Assembly: GCA_046483495.1 (NCBI GenBank)
Contig: JAWODC010000067.1
Span: forward strand, 1 to 64,000
Origin: Desulfobacterales bacterium
GTDB lineage: Bacteria; Desulfobacterota; Desulfobacteria; Desulfobacterales; UBA5616
Length of the DNA: 64,000 nucleotides
Direction: 5' to 3'
Shown here: piece by piece, positions 10,114-19,182 of the stretch
How the letters are laid out: each line of letters begins with the position of its first letter
Position numbering within the stretch: position 1 is the first letter of the stretch
Program-made: the position numbers and the translations under genes
The notes under the pieces: model-generated
What the model was told of the DNA's origin: nothing
Database searches by the model: none
The model's input: the letters and a program-made list of their open reading frames with translations, nothing else

Positions 10114-10931
10114 CCCTTAACCGCCCTTCGAATGGCCGTTAATGTGGTGAGAAGATTCTCCAACTCGCCGAGTTTCAGGGAATTCGGACCGTCGCAAAGG
10201 GCTTTTTCCGGATCGATGTGCACCTCTATGAAAATGCCGTCCGCACCGGCGGCCACCGCCGACCGGGCCAGTATCGGAGCAAATTCCCGTTGGCCGCCTG
10301 AACGCTTTCCGGCGCCTCCGGGAAGCTGGACGCTGTGGGTTGCATCGAACACCACCGGATATCCGAAACGGCGCATTATGCCGATGCTGCGAAAATCGAC
10401 GACCAGATTATTATAGCCGAAGGTGCTGCCGCGCTCGGTCAACATGATTTTGCGATTGCCGGTTGATTCGACTTTTTTTACGGCGTTCTCCATATCCCAG
10501 GGCGCCAGAAACTGTCCTTTTTTCAGATTGACGGGTTTCCCGGTGCCTGCCGCTGCCAGGATCAGATCGGTCTGGCGGCAAAGAAAGGCCGGAATTTGAA
10601 TCACGTCCAATACTTCGGCCGCCTTGTGCACTTCATCGACCTGATGGACATCCGACAAAACGGCGATCCCGAATTCTCTTTTAATGTGCTGCAGCATCAT
10701 CAAGCCATTTGTGATGCCGGGTCCCCTGTAAGAATCGAGGGCCGTCCGATTGGCCTTGTCATATGACGCTTTAAAAATAAACGGGATGTCCAGCTTTTCG
10801 GTAAGCCCTGTTAAATATGACGCAATGGAAAACGTCGTTTCACTGTCTTCGATTACACACGGACCGGCGATCAGCACGAATGGCGCATCTTCGCCGATCC
10901 AGATTCCGTCTATGTCAATCCGGTTTCCCAT
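10110..10931 (-). CDS. kdsA: KDO 8-phosphate synthase
   Basis: IAGPCVIE, KASYDKANRT, QIPAFLCRQTDL and DATHSVQ motifs; start placed at ATG 10931. Confidence 0.98.
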   Translation of the reverse strand: MGNRIDIDGIWIGEDAPFVLIAGPCVIEDSETTFSIASYLTGLTEKLDIPFIFKASYDKANRTALDSYRGPGITNGLMMLQHIKREFGIAVLSDVHQVDEVHKAAEVLDVIQIPAFLCRQTDLILAAAGTGKPVNLKKGQFLAPWDMENAVKKVESTGNRKIMLTERGSTFGYNNLVVDFRSIGIMRRFGYPVVFDATHSVQLPGGAGKRSGGQREFAPILARSAVAAGADGIFIEVHIDPEKALCDGPNSLKLGELENLLTTLTAIRRAVKG

Positions 10932-11261
10932 GGCGGTATGTTTATCCCTGTTTTCCGATCTGTTCGTATTCCCTAATAATCCGGTACCTGTCGATCCAAT
11001 ATGGATGTCGAATTGCATGCAAAACCCGGGCCGGAATCGCATATATTCTTCATTTATCCCGCGGCCGGCCAAAAGTCAAGAAACGAAAACATGCCTTGAT
11101 TAGAAACCTCATTATTGTTATTATCCTCCGGATTTATCGGGCTGAATGGTGCGGTAGAGGCTGCCGGTTCAATGAAAAACAGGATTGAAGACATACGTGT
11201 TCGTCTGGTGAAAAAATGCGGCGGCGAATGAAACCAAAAATTCCATGGAAGGGCTGTTGTC

Positions 11262-12647
11262 TTGAAAAAAAATGCGTCTTCGAAATACAAACTCTGGCTG
11301 CTTGTGGGTCTTGTCGTGCTTGCCGTTGTTCCCTCGATCTGGATTATCGTTTCCCGGTTGGAGGGTCAACCGCCGGCCATTACCATCGAGCCGACGATTC
11401 TTTCCATCGGCGAAACGCAAACGCTGACGTTTACGCTTGGCGATAAAAGCGGTATTCGCAAGGTTCGGGTGGACCTGGTGCAGGATGGAAAAAGCGTGGT
11501 ATTGGTTGAAAAGGAATTCCCCTCAGCGGGATTCGGTCGAAAAGGAGCGGTTCTTCAGGAGTCTTTCGAAATCCAGGTGGAGCCGAAGAAAATGGGTTTC
11601 AGCGACGGCAGATCCGTGCTGCAGTCCGTTGCGCGGGATTATTCATGGCGGGATTGGTTTCGTGGCAATTCGAACTATATTGAAAAGCCGGTGCTGATCG
11701 ACACCCGGCCGCCCGGCATCGATGTGTTAACGCGGATGAATTACGTGAATCAGGGTGGTTGCGGCCTGGTCCTTTATCAGCTTTCGGAATCCTGCCCCGA
11801 GAGCGGTGTCCGGGTGGGAAATAACTTTTTCCCCGGGTATTCGGGATATTTGGACGACGCCGATACGTATGTGGCGTTCTTTGCAATCTCGCATGAACAG
11901 GGTCCGGACACGCCGATTCTGATCGAGGCCGTAGACCGGGCGGGTAACACATCCCGCTCCGGGTTTCCCCATGTGATCCGAAAAAAAACATTTAGAAAGG
12001 ACCGGTTGTCCATATCGGACGGTTTTTTACATATGAAAATGCCGGAATTTCATCTGGAGGTGCCGGGGAACCCGTCGCCTACGAATCTTGAAAAATACCT
12101 TTTCGTCAATAGCAACCTTCGCGATGCGAACAACGAAAAAATCTTGAGCATTACCAAAAGCTCTGAGAATACAATGCTGTGGGAAGGTCCGTTTTTGAGG
12201 TTTCCCAATTCCGCTCCCCGGGCGGGATTCGCGGATTTCAGGGAATATTACTATAAAGGCAAAAAAATTGACGAACAGGTTCATATGGGGGTCGATCTTG
12301 CCTCTCTCGAGAATTCGCCGGTGCCGGCGGGCAATACGGGCAAGGTCGTTTACGCGGATGCGATCGGCATATACGGCAAAACCGTTATCATCGACCATGG
12401 CCTTGGATTGTTCAGCATGTATTCTCATTTAAGTTATATCGGGGTCACCGTCGGAGATCGTGTGGAAAAGGGGGATATCATCGGAAAGAGCGGCGTCACC
12501 GGACTGGCGGCCGGTGATCACCTCCACTATTCCGTGCTGGTTCACAATACCTTCGTCAATCCCATTGAATGGTGGGATCATCATTGGATAACAGACAATA
12601 TCACACGAAAAATTGCAAAAGTGAAATCCGGGCTGAACCAGGAATGA
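11262..12647 (+). CDS. Membrane-anchored M23 family metallopeptidase
   Basis: N-terminal TM helix; HMGVD, YSHL and GDHLHY zinc motifs. Confidence 0.94.
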   Translation: MKKNASSKYKLWLLVGLVVLAVVPSIWIIVSRLEGQPPAITIEPTILSIGETQTLTFTLGDKSGIRKVRVDLVQDGKSVVLVEKEFPSAGFGRKGAVLQESFEIQVEPKKMGFSDGRSVLQSVARDYSWRDWFRGNSNYIEKPVLIDTRPPGIDVLTRMNYVNQGGCGLVLYQLSESCPESGVRVGNNFFPGYSGYLDDADTYVAFFAISHEQGPDTPILIEAVDRAGNTSRSGFPHVIRKKTFRKDRLSISDGFLHMKMPEFHLEVPGNPSPTNLEKYLFVNSNLRDANNEKILSITKSSENTMLWEGPFLRFPNSAPRAGFADFREYYYKGKKIDEQVHMGVDLASLENSPVPAGNTGKVVYADAIGIYGKTVIIDHGLGLFSMYSHLSYIGVTVGDRVEKGDIIGKSGVTGLAAGDHLHYSVLVHNTFVNPIEWWDHHWITDNITRKIAKVKSGLNQE

Positions 12648-12671
12648 TCAGCTCTTGTGGAAAAAAGGTGT

Positions 12672-13838
12672 ATGAAAAAATCAAGCGTTCAAAAAACCTA
12701 CCGGGAAATCAATGATAAGATCAAGTCGGGCGATGTCGTTGTCGTGACGGCAGAGGAAATCATCGATATCGTGGACAAGAAGGGGCCTTCCGAAGCGGCC
12801 CGAACAGTCGACGTTGTGACGACCGGGACATTTTCGCCGATGTGCTCCTCCGGTGCCTTTATCAATTTCGGGCAAATGACGCCGGTGATTAAGGCCTCAC
12901 AGGTTTGGCTGAACAATGTACCGGCATATGCCGGACTTGCTGCGGTGGATTGTTACCTCGGGGCTACGGAACCCCGTATCGACGATCCGTTGAATAAGGT
13001 GCATCCCGGGGAATTCAAGTACGGCGGCGGCCATGTTATCCAGGATCTGGTCGCCGGCAAACCCGTGCACTTGAAGGCCGCCTCATACGGGACGGACTGC
13101 TATCCGAATCAGATGGCCGAACGGGAGATTACCCTGAAACATCTGCCCTATGCCGTGCTGTGCAACCCCAGAAACGGTTACCAGAATTATAACTGCGCCG
13201 TTAACATGACCAACACGACGAAGTACACGTACATGGGAATATTGAAGCCCAGGGCGGGAAATGCCAACTACTGCTCCGCCGGGCAGCTAAGCCCGCTCTT
13301 CAATGATCCCTATTATAAAACGATCGGATTGGGAACACGGATTTTCCTCGGCGGTGGTGTCGGATATGTAACTTGGTTCGGAACCCAGCATAATCCCGCC
13401 GTACGGCGAACGCCGGGGGGAGCGCCGGTCAAGCCGGCGGGGACTCTTTTTGCCATGGGGAATTTGAATCAAATGAGCCGGGAATGGTTGATCGGCGTCA
13501 GTATCCTTGGATACGGATGTTCGCTTGCAGTCGGACTGGGGGTGCCGATTCCCATACTAAACGAGGAAATTGTCCGGTATACGGCGGTTGCGGATGACGG
13601 GCTGTTTACCCAAATCGTGGATTATGGAAATGATTATCCAAACGGTGTTTCAAAAAGTCTTGGAAAGGTAAGCTACGCTCAACTTAAGAGCGGCACGATT
13701 CATCTCGATGGGAAACCGGTGAAAACGGTTCCGCTTTCGAGTATGGTAAAGGCCCGCAAAATCGCTGACATTATGAAGCAGTGGATTCGAGAAGGGAAAT
13801 TTTTCCTGGGGGAACCCCAGTTCACCCTGCCGGTATAA
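12672..13838 (+). CDS. DUF39 homocysteine biosynthesis protein (aspartate-semialdehyde sulfurtransferase type)
   Basis: KTYREINDKIKSG, VDVVTTGTFSPMCSSG, YGGGHVI, YGTDCYP and NPRNGYQNY motifs. Confidence 0.9.
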   Translation: MKKSSVQKTYREINDKIKSGDVVVVTAEEIIDIVDKKGPSEAARTVDVVTTGTFSPMCSSGAFINFGQMTPVIKASQVWLNNVPAYAGLAAVDCYLGATEPRIDDPLNKVHPGEFKYGGGHVIQDLVAGKPVHLKAASYGTDCYPNQMAEREITLKHLPYAVLCNPRNGYQNYNCAVNMTNTTKYTYMGILKPRAGNANYCSAGQLSPLFNDPYYKTIGLGTRIFLGGGVGYVTWFGTQHNPAVRRTPGGAPVKPAGTLFAMGNLNQMSREWLIGVSILGYGCSLAVGLGVPIPILNEEIVRYTAVADDGLFTQIVDYGNDYPNGVSKSLGKVSYAQLKSGTIHLDGKPVKTVPLSSMVKARKIADIMKQWIREGKFFLGEPQFTLPV

Positions 13839-13841
13839 AGG

Positions 13842-14432
13842 TTGAAACGCGTGAATGCTCCACCAAAAATCAGGACGTTTATCGCTATCGATCTGCCGGA
13901 CCACGTTCGCACGATGCTGGCTCGAATACAGGAGCAGCTTAAAACGGAAGTCTCGGGCATTACCTGGACACCACCGCAGAACATTCACTTGACATTGAAG
14001 TTTCCGGGCTATGTGCTTCAGGAAGATTTGGCAGGATTGGAAAAAGCCGTTTCGGCGGCGGCTTCATGCGTTCGGCCGTTTGAATTATGCACGGCGAAAA
14101 TCGGCGCATTTCCGGGGCTGAATCGTCCCCGTGTCATTTGGGTAGGCGTTGCCGGGAATACCGTTGATCTGAATACGCTTTACCAGGGCGTCGAAGACCG
14201 GATGGCATCGGCCGGTTTTGAAAAGGAAGACAAGAAATTCGCCGGGCATTTGACGATCGGACGAGTGAAGGGAAAAGCAAAAATCGACCCCGTTCAGATG
14301 GTTGAGGGAATCGGCCGAATAAAGATGCCGGTCCCCGAGCATTTTTTCGTGGATCGGATTGTCGTATACAGAAGCGATTTGCGATCGACCGGGGCGGTGT
14401 ATACGGAGCTGTTTCATAAAGCATTGGCATAG
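13842..14432 (+). CDS. thpR: RNA 2',3'-cyclic phosphodiesterase (2H)
   Basis: RTFIAI, HLTLKF and HLTIGR 2H motifs; upstream of recA. Confidence 0.93.
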   Translation: MKRVNAPPKIRTFIAIDLPDHVRTMLARIQEQLKTEVSGITWTPPQNIHLTLKFPGYVLQEDLAGLEKAVSAAASCVRPFELCTAKIGAFPGLNRPRVIWVGVAGNTVDLNTLYQGVEDRMASAGFEKEDKKFAGHLTIGRVKGKAKIDPVQMVEGIGRIKMPVPEHFFVDRIVVYRSDLRSTGAVYTELFHKALA

Positions 14433-14529
14433 ACATGAGAGCTAAGCGGTTTGGAGCCTCGTCAAGGGAAATTCGCCTTATTCGACGGCTGAACCGCCTC
14501 ATTTTTCAATACAAAGCCTGGAGGGACCC

Positions 14530-15564
14530 ATGAGTACACCTGAGAAGGAGAAGGCCGTTGAATCGGCTATGACACAAATTGAACGCCAGTTTGGAAAAGG
14601 CTCTATCATGAAACTGGGCAGCCGAAAGGTGATCAGCGTCCCTGCTATTCGAACCGGTTCACTGGCACTTGACAAGGCGCTTGGTGTGGGCGGCCTGCCT
14701 CGGGGCAGGGTGATCGAGATTTACGGGCCGGAGTCTTCCGGAAAAACCACGCTTGCCTTGCATGCGGTTGCCGAAGCCCAGCGCAACGGCGGAATCGCCG
14801 CTTTTATCGATGCGGAACATGCCTTAGACACTGTTTATGCAAAAAAGCTGGGGGTCAACTGTGACGAGTTGCTGGTGGCGCAGCCGGATACCGGGGAGCA
14901 GGCCCTTGAAATCGCCGATATGCTGGTAAGAAGCGGGGCCATCGATATCGTAATTATCGATTCCGTGGCGGCACTGGTCCCCAGGGCTGAAATTGAAGGT
15001 GAAATGGGGGATTCCCATATGGGGCTGCAGGCCCGGCTCATGTCCCAGGCGTTGAGGAAGCTTACCGGAACGATCAGCAAAACCATGACCGCCTTAATCT
15101 TTATCAACCAGATTCGAATGAAGATCGGCGTTGTTTTTGGAAATCCTGAAACCACCACCGGCGGCAACGCCTTGAAGTTCTATTCATCCGTACGGCTCGA
15201 TATCCGGCGCATTGGAGCCATCAAAGAGGGTCAGGAAATCGTGGGCAACCGGACGAAGGTAAGAGTGGTTAAAAATAAAATGGCGCCGCCTTTTCAGGAA
15301 GCCGAGTTCGACATCCTTTACGGGGAGGGCATCTCGCGAACCGGCGATCTTCTCGACGTGGGGGTCAATGCGGGCATTATCGAAAAGAGCGGGTCATGGT
15401 ATTCATATGGAAACGAGAGGATCGGCCAGGGCCGCAACAATGTAAAAAGTTTTTTCATGGACCATCCGGACATCCTGGATGAAATTGAATTAAAAATCAG
15501 GGAATCTTTGGGGCTTGTGAAGCACCCTGAAGAGGAGAACACGGAAAAGGAAGCACGGAATTGA
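14530..15564 (+). CDS. recA: Recombinase RecA
   Basis: [17 protein letters not shown] and [17 protein letters not shown] motifs. Confidence 0.99.
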   Translation: MSTPEKEKAVESAMTQIERQFGKGSIMKLGSRKVISVPAIRTGSLALDKALGVGGLPRGRVIEIYGPESSGKTTLALHAVAEAQRNGGIAAFIDAEHALDTVYAKKLGVNCDELLVAQPDTGEQALEIADMLVRSGAIDIVIIDSVAALVPRAEIEGEMGDSHMGLQARLMSQALRKLTGTISKTMTALIFINQIRMKIGVVFGNPETTTGGNALKFYSSVRLDIRRIGAIKEGQEIVGNRTKVRVVKNKMAPPFQEAEFDILYGEGISRTGDLLDVGVNAGIIEKSGSWYSYGNERIGQGRNNVKSFFMDHPDILDEIELKIRESLGLVKHPEEENTEKEARN

Positions 15565-15596
15565 ACCGATGATCAGCCTTTTATGTGGTGGCGAAA

Positions 15597-18224
15597 ATGA
15601 CCGGAGACGAAATTCGCAGTAAATTTTTAAATTATTTTAAACAGAAGGGGCATCGTGTGGTCCGGAGCTCCTCACTGGTCCCCCAGGATGATCCCACACT
15701 GCTGTTCACCAATGCGGGCATGGTTCAATTCAAGCGGGTCTTTATCGGGGAAGAGAAAAAAGATTTCTCGACGGCGGCGACTTCGCAAAAGTGCGTTCGG
15801 GCCGGCGGCAAGCACAATGATCTGGAGAATGTCGGCTATACGGCCCGGCACCACACCTTTTTTGAAATGCTGGGAAAATTTTCTTTTGGCGATTATTTCA
15901 AGGAAAAGGCCATCGAATACGCATGGGATCTGCTGGTCAACGGATATCGGCTTCCGAAAGAAAAGCTCTGGGTTTCTGTTTTCCGGGATGATGACGAAGC
16001 ATACGACATATGGCGCGGGCGCATCGGCGTAGCGGAAGAGCGAATTGTTCGGCTGGGAGAAAAAGACAATTTCTGGGCGATGGGGGACACGGGACCTTGC
16101 GGCCCCTGTTCGGAAATTTTGATCGACAGAGGGGAAAAATACGCCTGTGACAGGCCGGATTGTACAGCCGGATGTGACTGCGACCGATACCTGGAAATTT
16201 GGAATCTGGTGTTTATGCAGTACAACCGGGATGCTTCCGGCAATATGACGCCGCTGCCGAAGCCCAGCATCGACACGGGCATGGGCCTGGAACGAGTTGC
16301 CGCCGTTATTCAGAATGCGCCGACCAACTATGAGACGGATTTGATATTGCCGATTATTCGAAAAATCGAGTCGTTGTCCGGCGCGGCTTACGGCATAAAC
16401 GCGATGTCCGACATTGCCATGAAGGTGATTGCCGATCACAGCCGGTCTGCGGCCTTTCTGATCGGTGACGGCGTTTTGCCGTCGAATGAGGGACGAGGCT
16501 ACGTGCTGCGCCGCATCATGAGAAGGGCTATTCGTTACGGACGGAACCTGGGGCTTTCAGATCCTTTTTTGTCGAAAACCGTCGAAGTGGTAATGGAAAT
16601 AATGGCCTTCGCTTACCCGGAGTTGGTGGAGAACCGGGCGTTCATTTTAAATATTGTCACCAATGAAGAAACGCGGTTCATCGAAACGCTGGACAACGGT
16701 TTGAAGCTCTTAAACGACAGCATCGTCCGGTTGGAGTCCGAGGGCAAAGACGAAATGCCGGGAGAAATTATTTTCAAGCTTTACGACACCTATGGTTTTC
16801 CCACGGATATCGTAAGGGACGTGCTCCGCGACAAAGGAATGCGGCTTGACATGGAGGGGTTCGACAGGGCCATGGAGCGTCAACGCGATCAATCCCGGTC
16901 CGTGGCGGCCTTTTCAGAAATCAGCGACGCCTATAAAAAACTGACATCAGCCGGTTTCAAGCCGGAATTTGTCGGATATGATGCCTTATCCTGCAATGCC
17001 CGGATCATGATGATCGTCCGGAAGGGCACGGATGTAACGGAAGCCTCCACCGGTGACGTTATCGAACTGGTTACGGATAAGACCCCGTTTTACGGGGAAG
17101 CCGGCGGGCAGGTGGGAGACCGGGGTGAGGCATCCGGCCCCGGATTCGAAATCACGATAAACAATACCATAAAAGACCCTACAGGCATCATCGTCCATCA
17201 GGGAGAGGTGACTGCCGGGACTGTAAAAAAAGGCGATCCGGTACAGCTTTCAGTCGATAAACGCAACAGGGATGCCGTCGCCCGAAATCACACGGCGACC
17301 CATGTCCTTCACGCCGTTTTGAGAAAGGTCCTCGGTGATCATGTCAAACAGTCCGGATCGTTGGTTTCTCCGGACCGGCTTCGGTTTGATTTCACCCATT
17401 TTTCCGGGGTGGATCGAAAAACGTTGAATCGCATCGAAACGCTGGTCAATGAGCATATCCGTCGCAATGTACCGGTTGTGCTCCAAGAAATGGAAGCCGA
17501 AGAGGCATTTCGGTCCGGCGCCACCGCCTTGTTCGAGGAAAAATACGGCGACCGTGTGCGCGTCATTTCGCTTCAGGATTTCTCAAAAGAGCTTTGCGGA
17601 GGAACCCACACGAAAAGGACAGGCGATATCGGCATGTTTAAAATAACGGGCGAGTCCAGTGTTGCGGCAGGCATCCGAAGAATCGAAGCGCTGACCGGGA
17701 ACGCCGCTTTGGACTATACGCAGCAGCAGTCCGATCTGCTGCAAAAAACGGCCGAAATATTAAGGGAAAAACCGGAAGGCGTACTGCCGCGGTTGGAACG
17801 CATACTGGCGGATTACAAAAATCTGGAGAGGCAGGTGGATTCCCTTAAATCCGCTCTTGCGGCCAAATCCGCGGAAGTCGAAGAAGACCAAATCCGCCGG
17901 GTAAACGGTGTCGATCTTCTTATCAAGAGAGTATCGGTTGAGAAGCCGGCCATGTTGAGGGAGCTTGCGGACCGTTTTAAAAACAGCATCAAATCCGGCA
18001 TCGTGATCCTGGGAAGTGTATCCGATGACAAAGTGATGCTCATTGCCGGCGTGACAAAGGACCTTACGGAGCGTTTTCAGGCGGGAAAAATCATCAAGCA
18101 GTTGGCGGCCGAGGTCGGCGGCGGCGGCGGGGGGAGACCCGATATGGCTCAGGCCGGCGGCACCCAGCCGGAAAATCTGGACAAGGCATTGGAAAAAGCC
18201 GAGGAGATTGTCAAGAACATGTAG
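15597..18224 (+). CDS. alaS: Alanine--tRNA ligase
   Basis: LLFTNAGMVQFK, HHTFFEMLG, editing-site HTATH and ELCGGTH, and GGGGGRPDMAQAGG. Confidence 0.99.
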   Translation: MTGDEIRSKFLNYFKQKGHRVVRSSSLVPQDDPTLLFTNAGMVQFKRVFIGEEKKDFSTAATSQKCVRAGGKHNDLENVGYTARHHTFFEMLGKFSFGDYFKEKAIEYAWDLLVNGYRLPKEKLWVSVFRDDDEAYDIWRGRIGVAEERIVRLGEKDNFWAMGDTGPCGPCSEILIDRGEKYACDRPDCTAGCDCDRYLEIWNLVFMQYNRDASGNMTPLPKPSIDTGMGLERVAAVIQNAPTNYETDLILPIIRKIESLSGAAYGINAMSDIAMKVIADHSRSAAFLIGDGVLPSNEGRGYVLRRIMRRAIRYGRNLGLSDPFLSKTVEVVMEIMAFAYPELVENRAFILNIVTNEETRFIETLDNGLKLLNDSIVRLESEGKDEMPGEIIFKLYDTYGFPTDIVRDVLRDKGMRLDMEGFDRAMERQRDQSRSVAAFSEISDAYKKLTSAGFKPEFVGYDALSCNARIMMIVRKGTDVTEASTGDVIELVTDKTPFYGEAGGQVGDRGEASGPGFEITINNTIKDPTGIIVHQGEVTAGTVKKGDPVQLSVDKRNRDAVARNHTATHVLHAVLRKVLGDHVKQSGSLVSPDRLRFDFTHFSGVDRKTLNRIETLVNEHIRRNVPVVLQEMEAEEAFRSGATALFEEKYGDRVRVISLQDFSKELCGGTHTKRTGDIGMFKITGESSVAAGIRRIEALTGNAALDYTQQQSDLLQKTAEILREKPEGVLPRLERILADYKNLERQVDSLKSALAAKSAEVEEDQIRRVNGVDLLIKRVSVEKPAMLRELADRFKNSIKSGIVILGSVSDDKVMLIAGVTKDLTERFQAGKIIKQLAAEVGGGGGGRPDMAQAGGTQPENLDKALEKAEEIVKNM

Positions 18225-18230
18225 CTGAGA

Positions 18231-18257
18231 ACGGGGCCCGGGCAAGCCGGGTTCCGT
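18231..18257. terminator. GC-rich hairpin between convergent alaS and dapB
   Basis: ACGGGGCCCGG-GCAAG-CCGGGTTCCGT; no clear U-tract on either strand. Confidence 0.4.
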
Positions 18258-18265
18258 GAACGATA

Positions 18266-19096
18266 TCACACCTTCTTCAACACGTCCATCATGTCATACA
18301 CCTTTCCCGATTCACCACTGCCGACTTTCCTGTGCAAAAACGATACGGCATCCAGGGTTCCCTTGGCGTAGATGTCTCTGCCGTTTACGTTGTGTGTAAA
18401 TTCGAAAACCACGGTGTTGTCCTCGGATACGAGTCGATAGGTATGCCAGGCGTGTCCGGAAAGGTATTCTTCCGGAATACCCCATTGATTTTTCTGGATT
18501 TGAGGATCTCTTTCCTTTTTCACGGCGTCGATTGAAAAAGGAATACCCATGGCATTGAAATAATTTATCATGGCGATGGCGGTTCCGCTGGTGTCGGCTT
18601 TTCCTTTTTGATGGCTTTCCCTGACTTCGAGGGTATAGCCGGAAAAGAGATCGGGAAAGTTGTCCGCCGCATATGCCATCATGGCCTGAAGTCCGACGAT
18701 TTGCTTGGCCATATTGGGTGCGATAACGGCGCAATTATCGGATTGAATCACTTCTGTTTCAAGGCCTTTCCGGTCTCCGCCGGTGGTTCCCATCACGAAG
18801 GGCAAATTGTTCCGGCAATAGAGTCGGGCATTTTGGCGGACAGCCGTCGGGTGCGTGAAGTCTACGGTAATGAAGGCTTCTTGAGTCTTTATTACATGTG
18901 CAATTTCCCGGTCGGCACGCTCCGACCCGATCAGCCGGACACGGCTGCCTTCGACGGTATGATCCGGTTGAGAAATTTCCGGGCCGGTAAGCGAGTAGGG
19001 GACAAGCCGAAAATGCGGATCACGGGCGGCATGAACCGCTACCTGTTCGGCCATTTTGCCGGGAAGTCCGTTTACCATCACTGTAATCTTTTCCAT
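18266..19096 (-). CDS. dapB: 4-hydroxy-tetrahydrodipicolinate reductase (plant-type DapB-like)
   Basis: VMVNGLPGKM, VDFTHP, FVMGTTGG, IAPNMAKQIV and ESHQKGKADTSGTA motifs; start at ATG 19096. Confidence 0.9.
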   Translation of the reverse strand: MEKITVMVNGLPGKMAEQVAVHAARDPHFRLVPYSLTGPEISQPDHTVEGSRVRLIGSERADREIAHVIKTQEAFITVDFTHPTAVRQNARLYCRNNLPFVMGTTGGDRKGLETEVIQSDNCAVIAPNMAKQIVGLQAMMAYAADNFPDLFSGYTLEVRESHQKGKADTSGTAIAMINYFNAMGIPFSIDAVKKERDPQIQKNQWGIPEEYLSGHAWHTYRLVSEDNTVVFEFTHNVNGRDIYAKGTLDAVSFLHRKVGSGESGKVYDMMDVLKKV

Positions 19097-19182
19097 ATGT
19101 AAACCCTTTCTTGCATTACTTTGCCATCGGCATGCATTGCGCGAATACGGCAGCAACTGATGAACCGGCACCTTGAACCACG

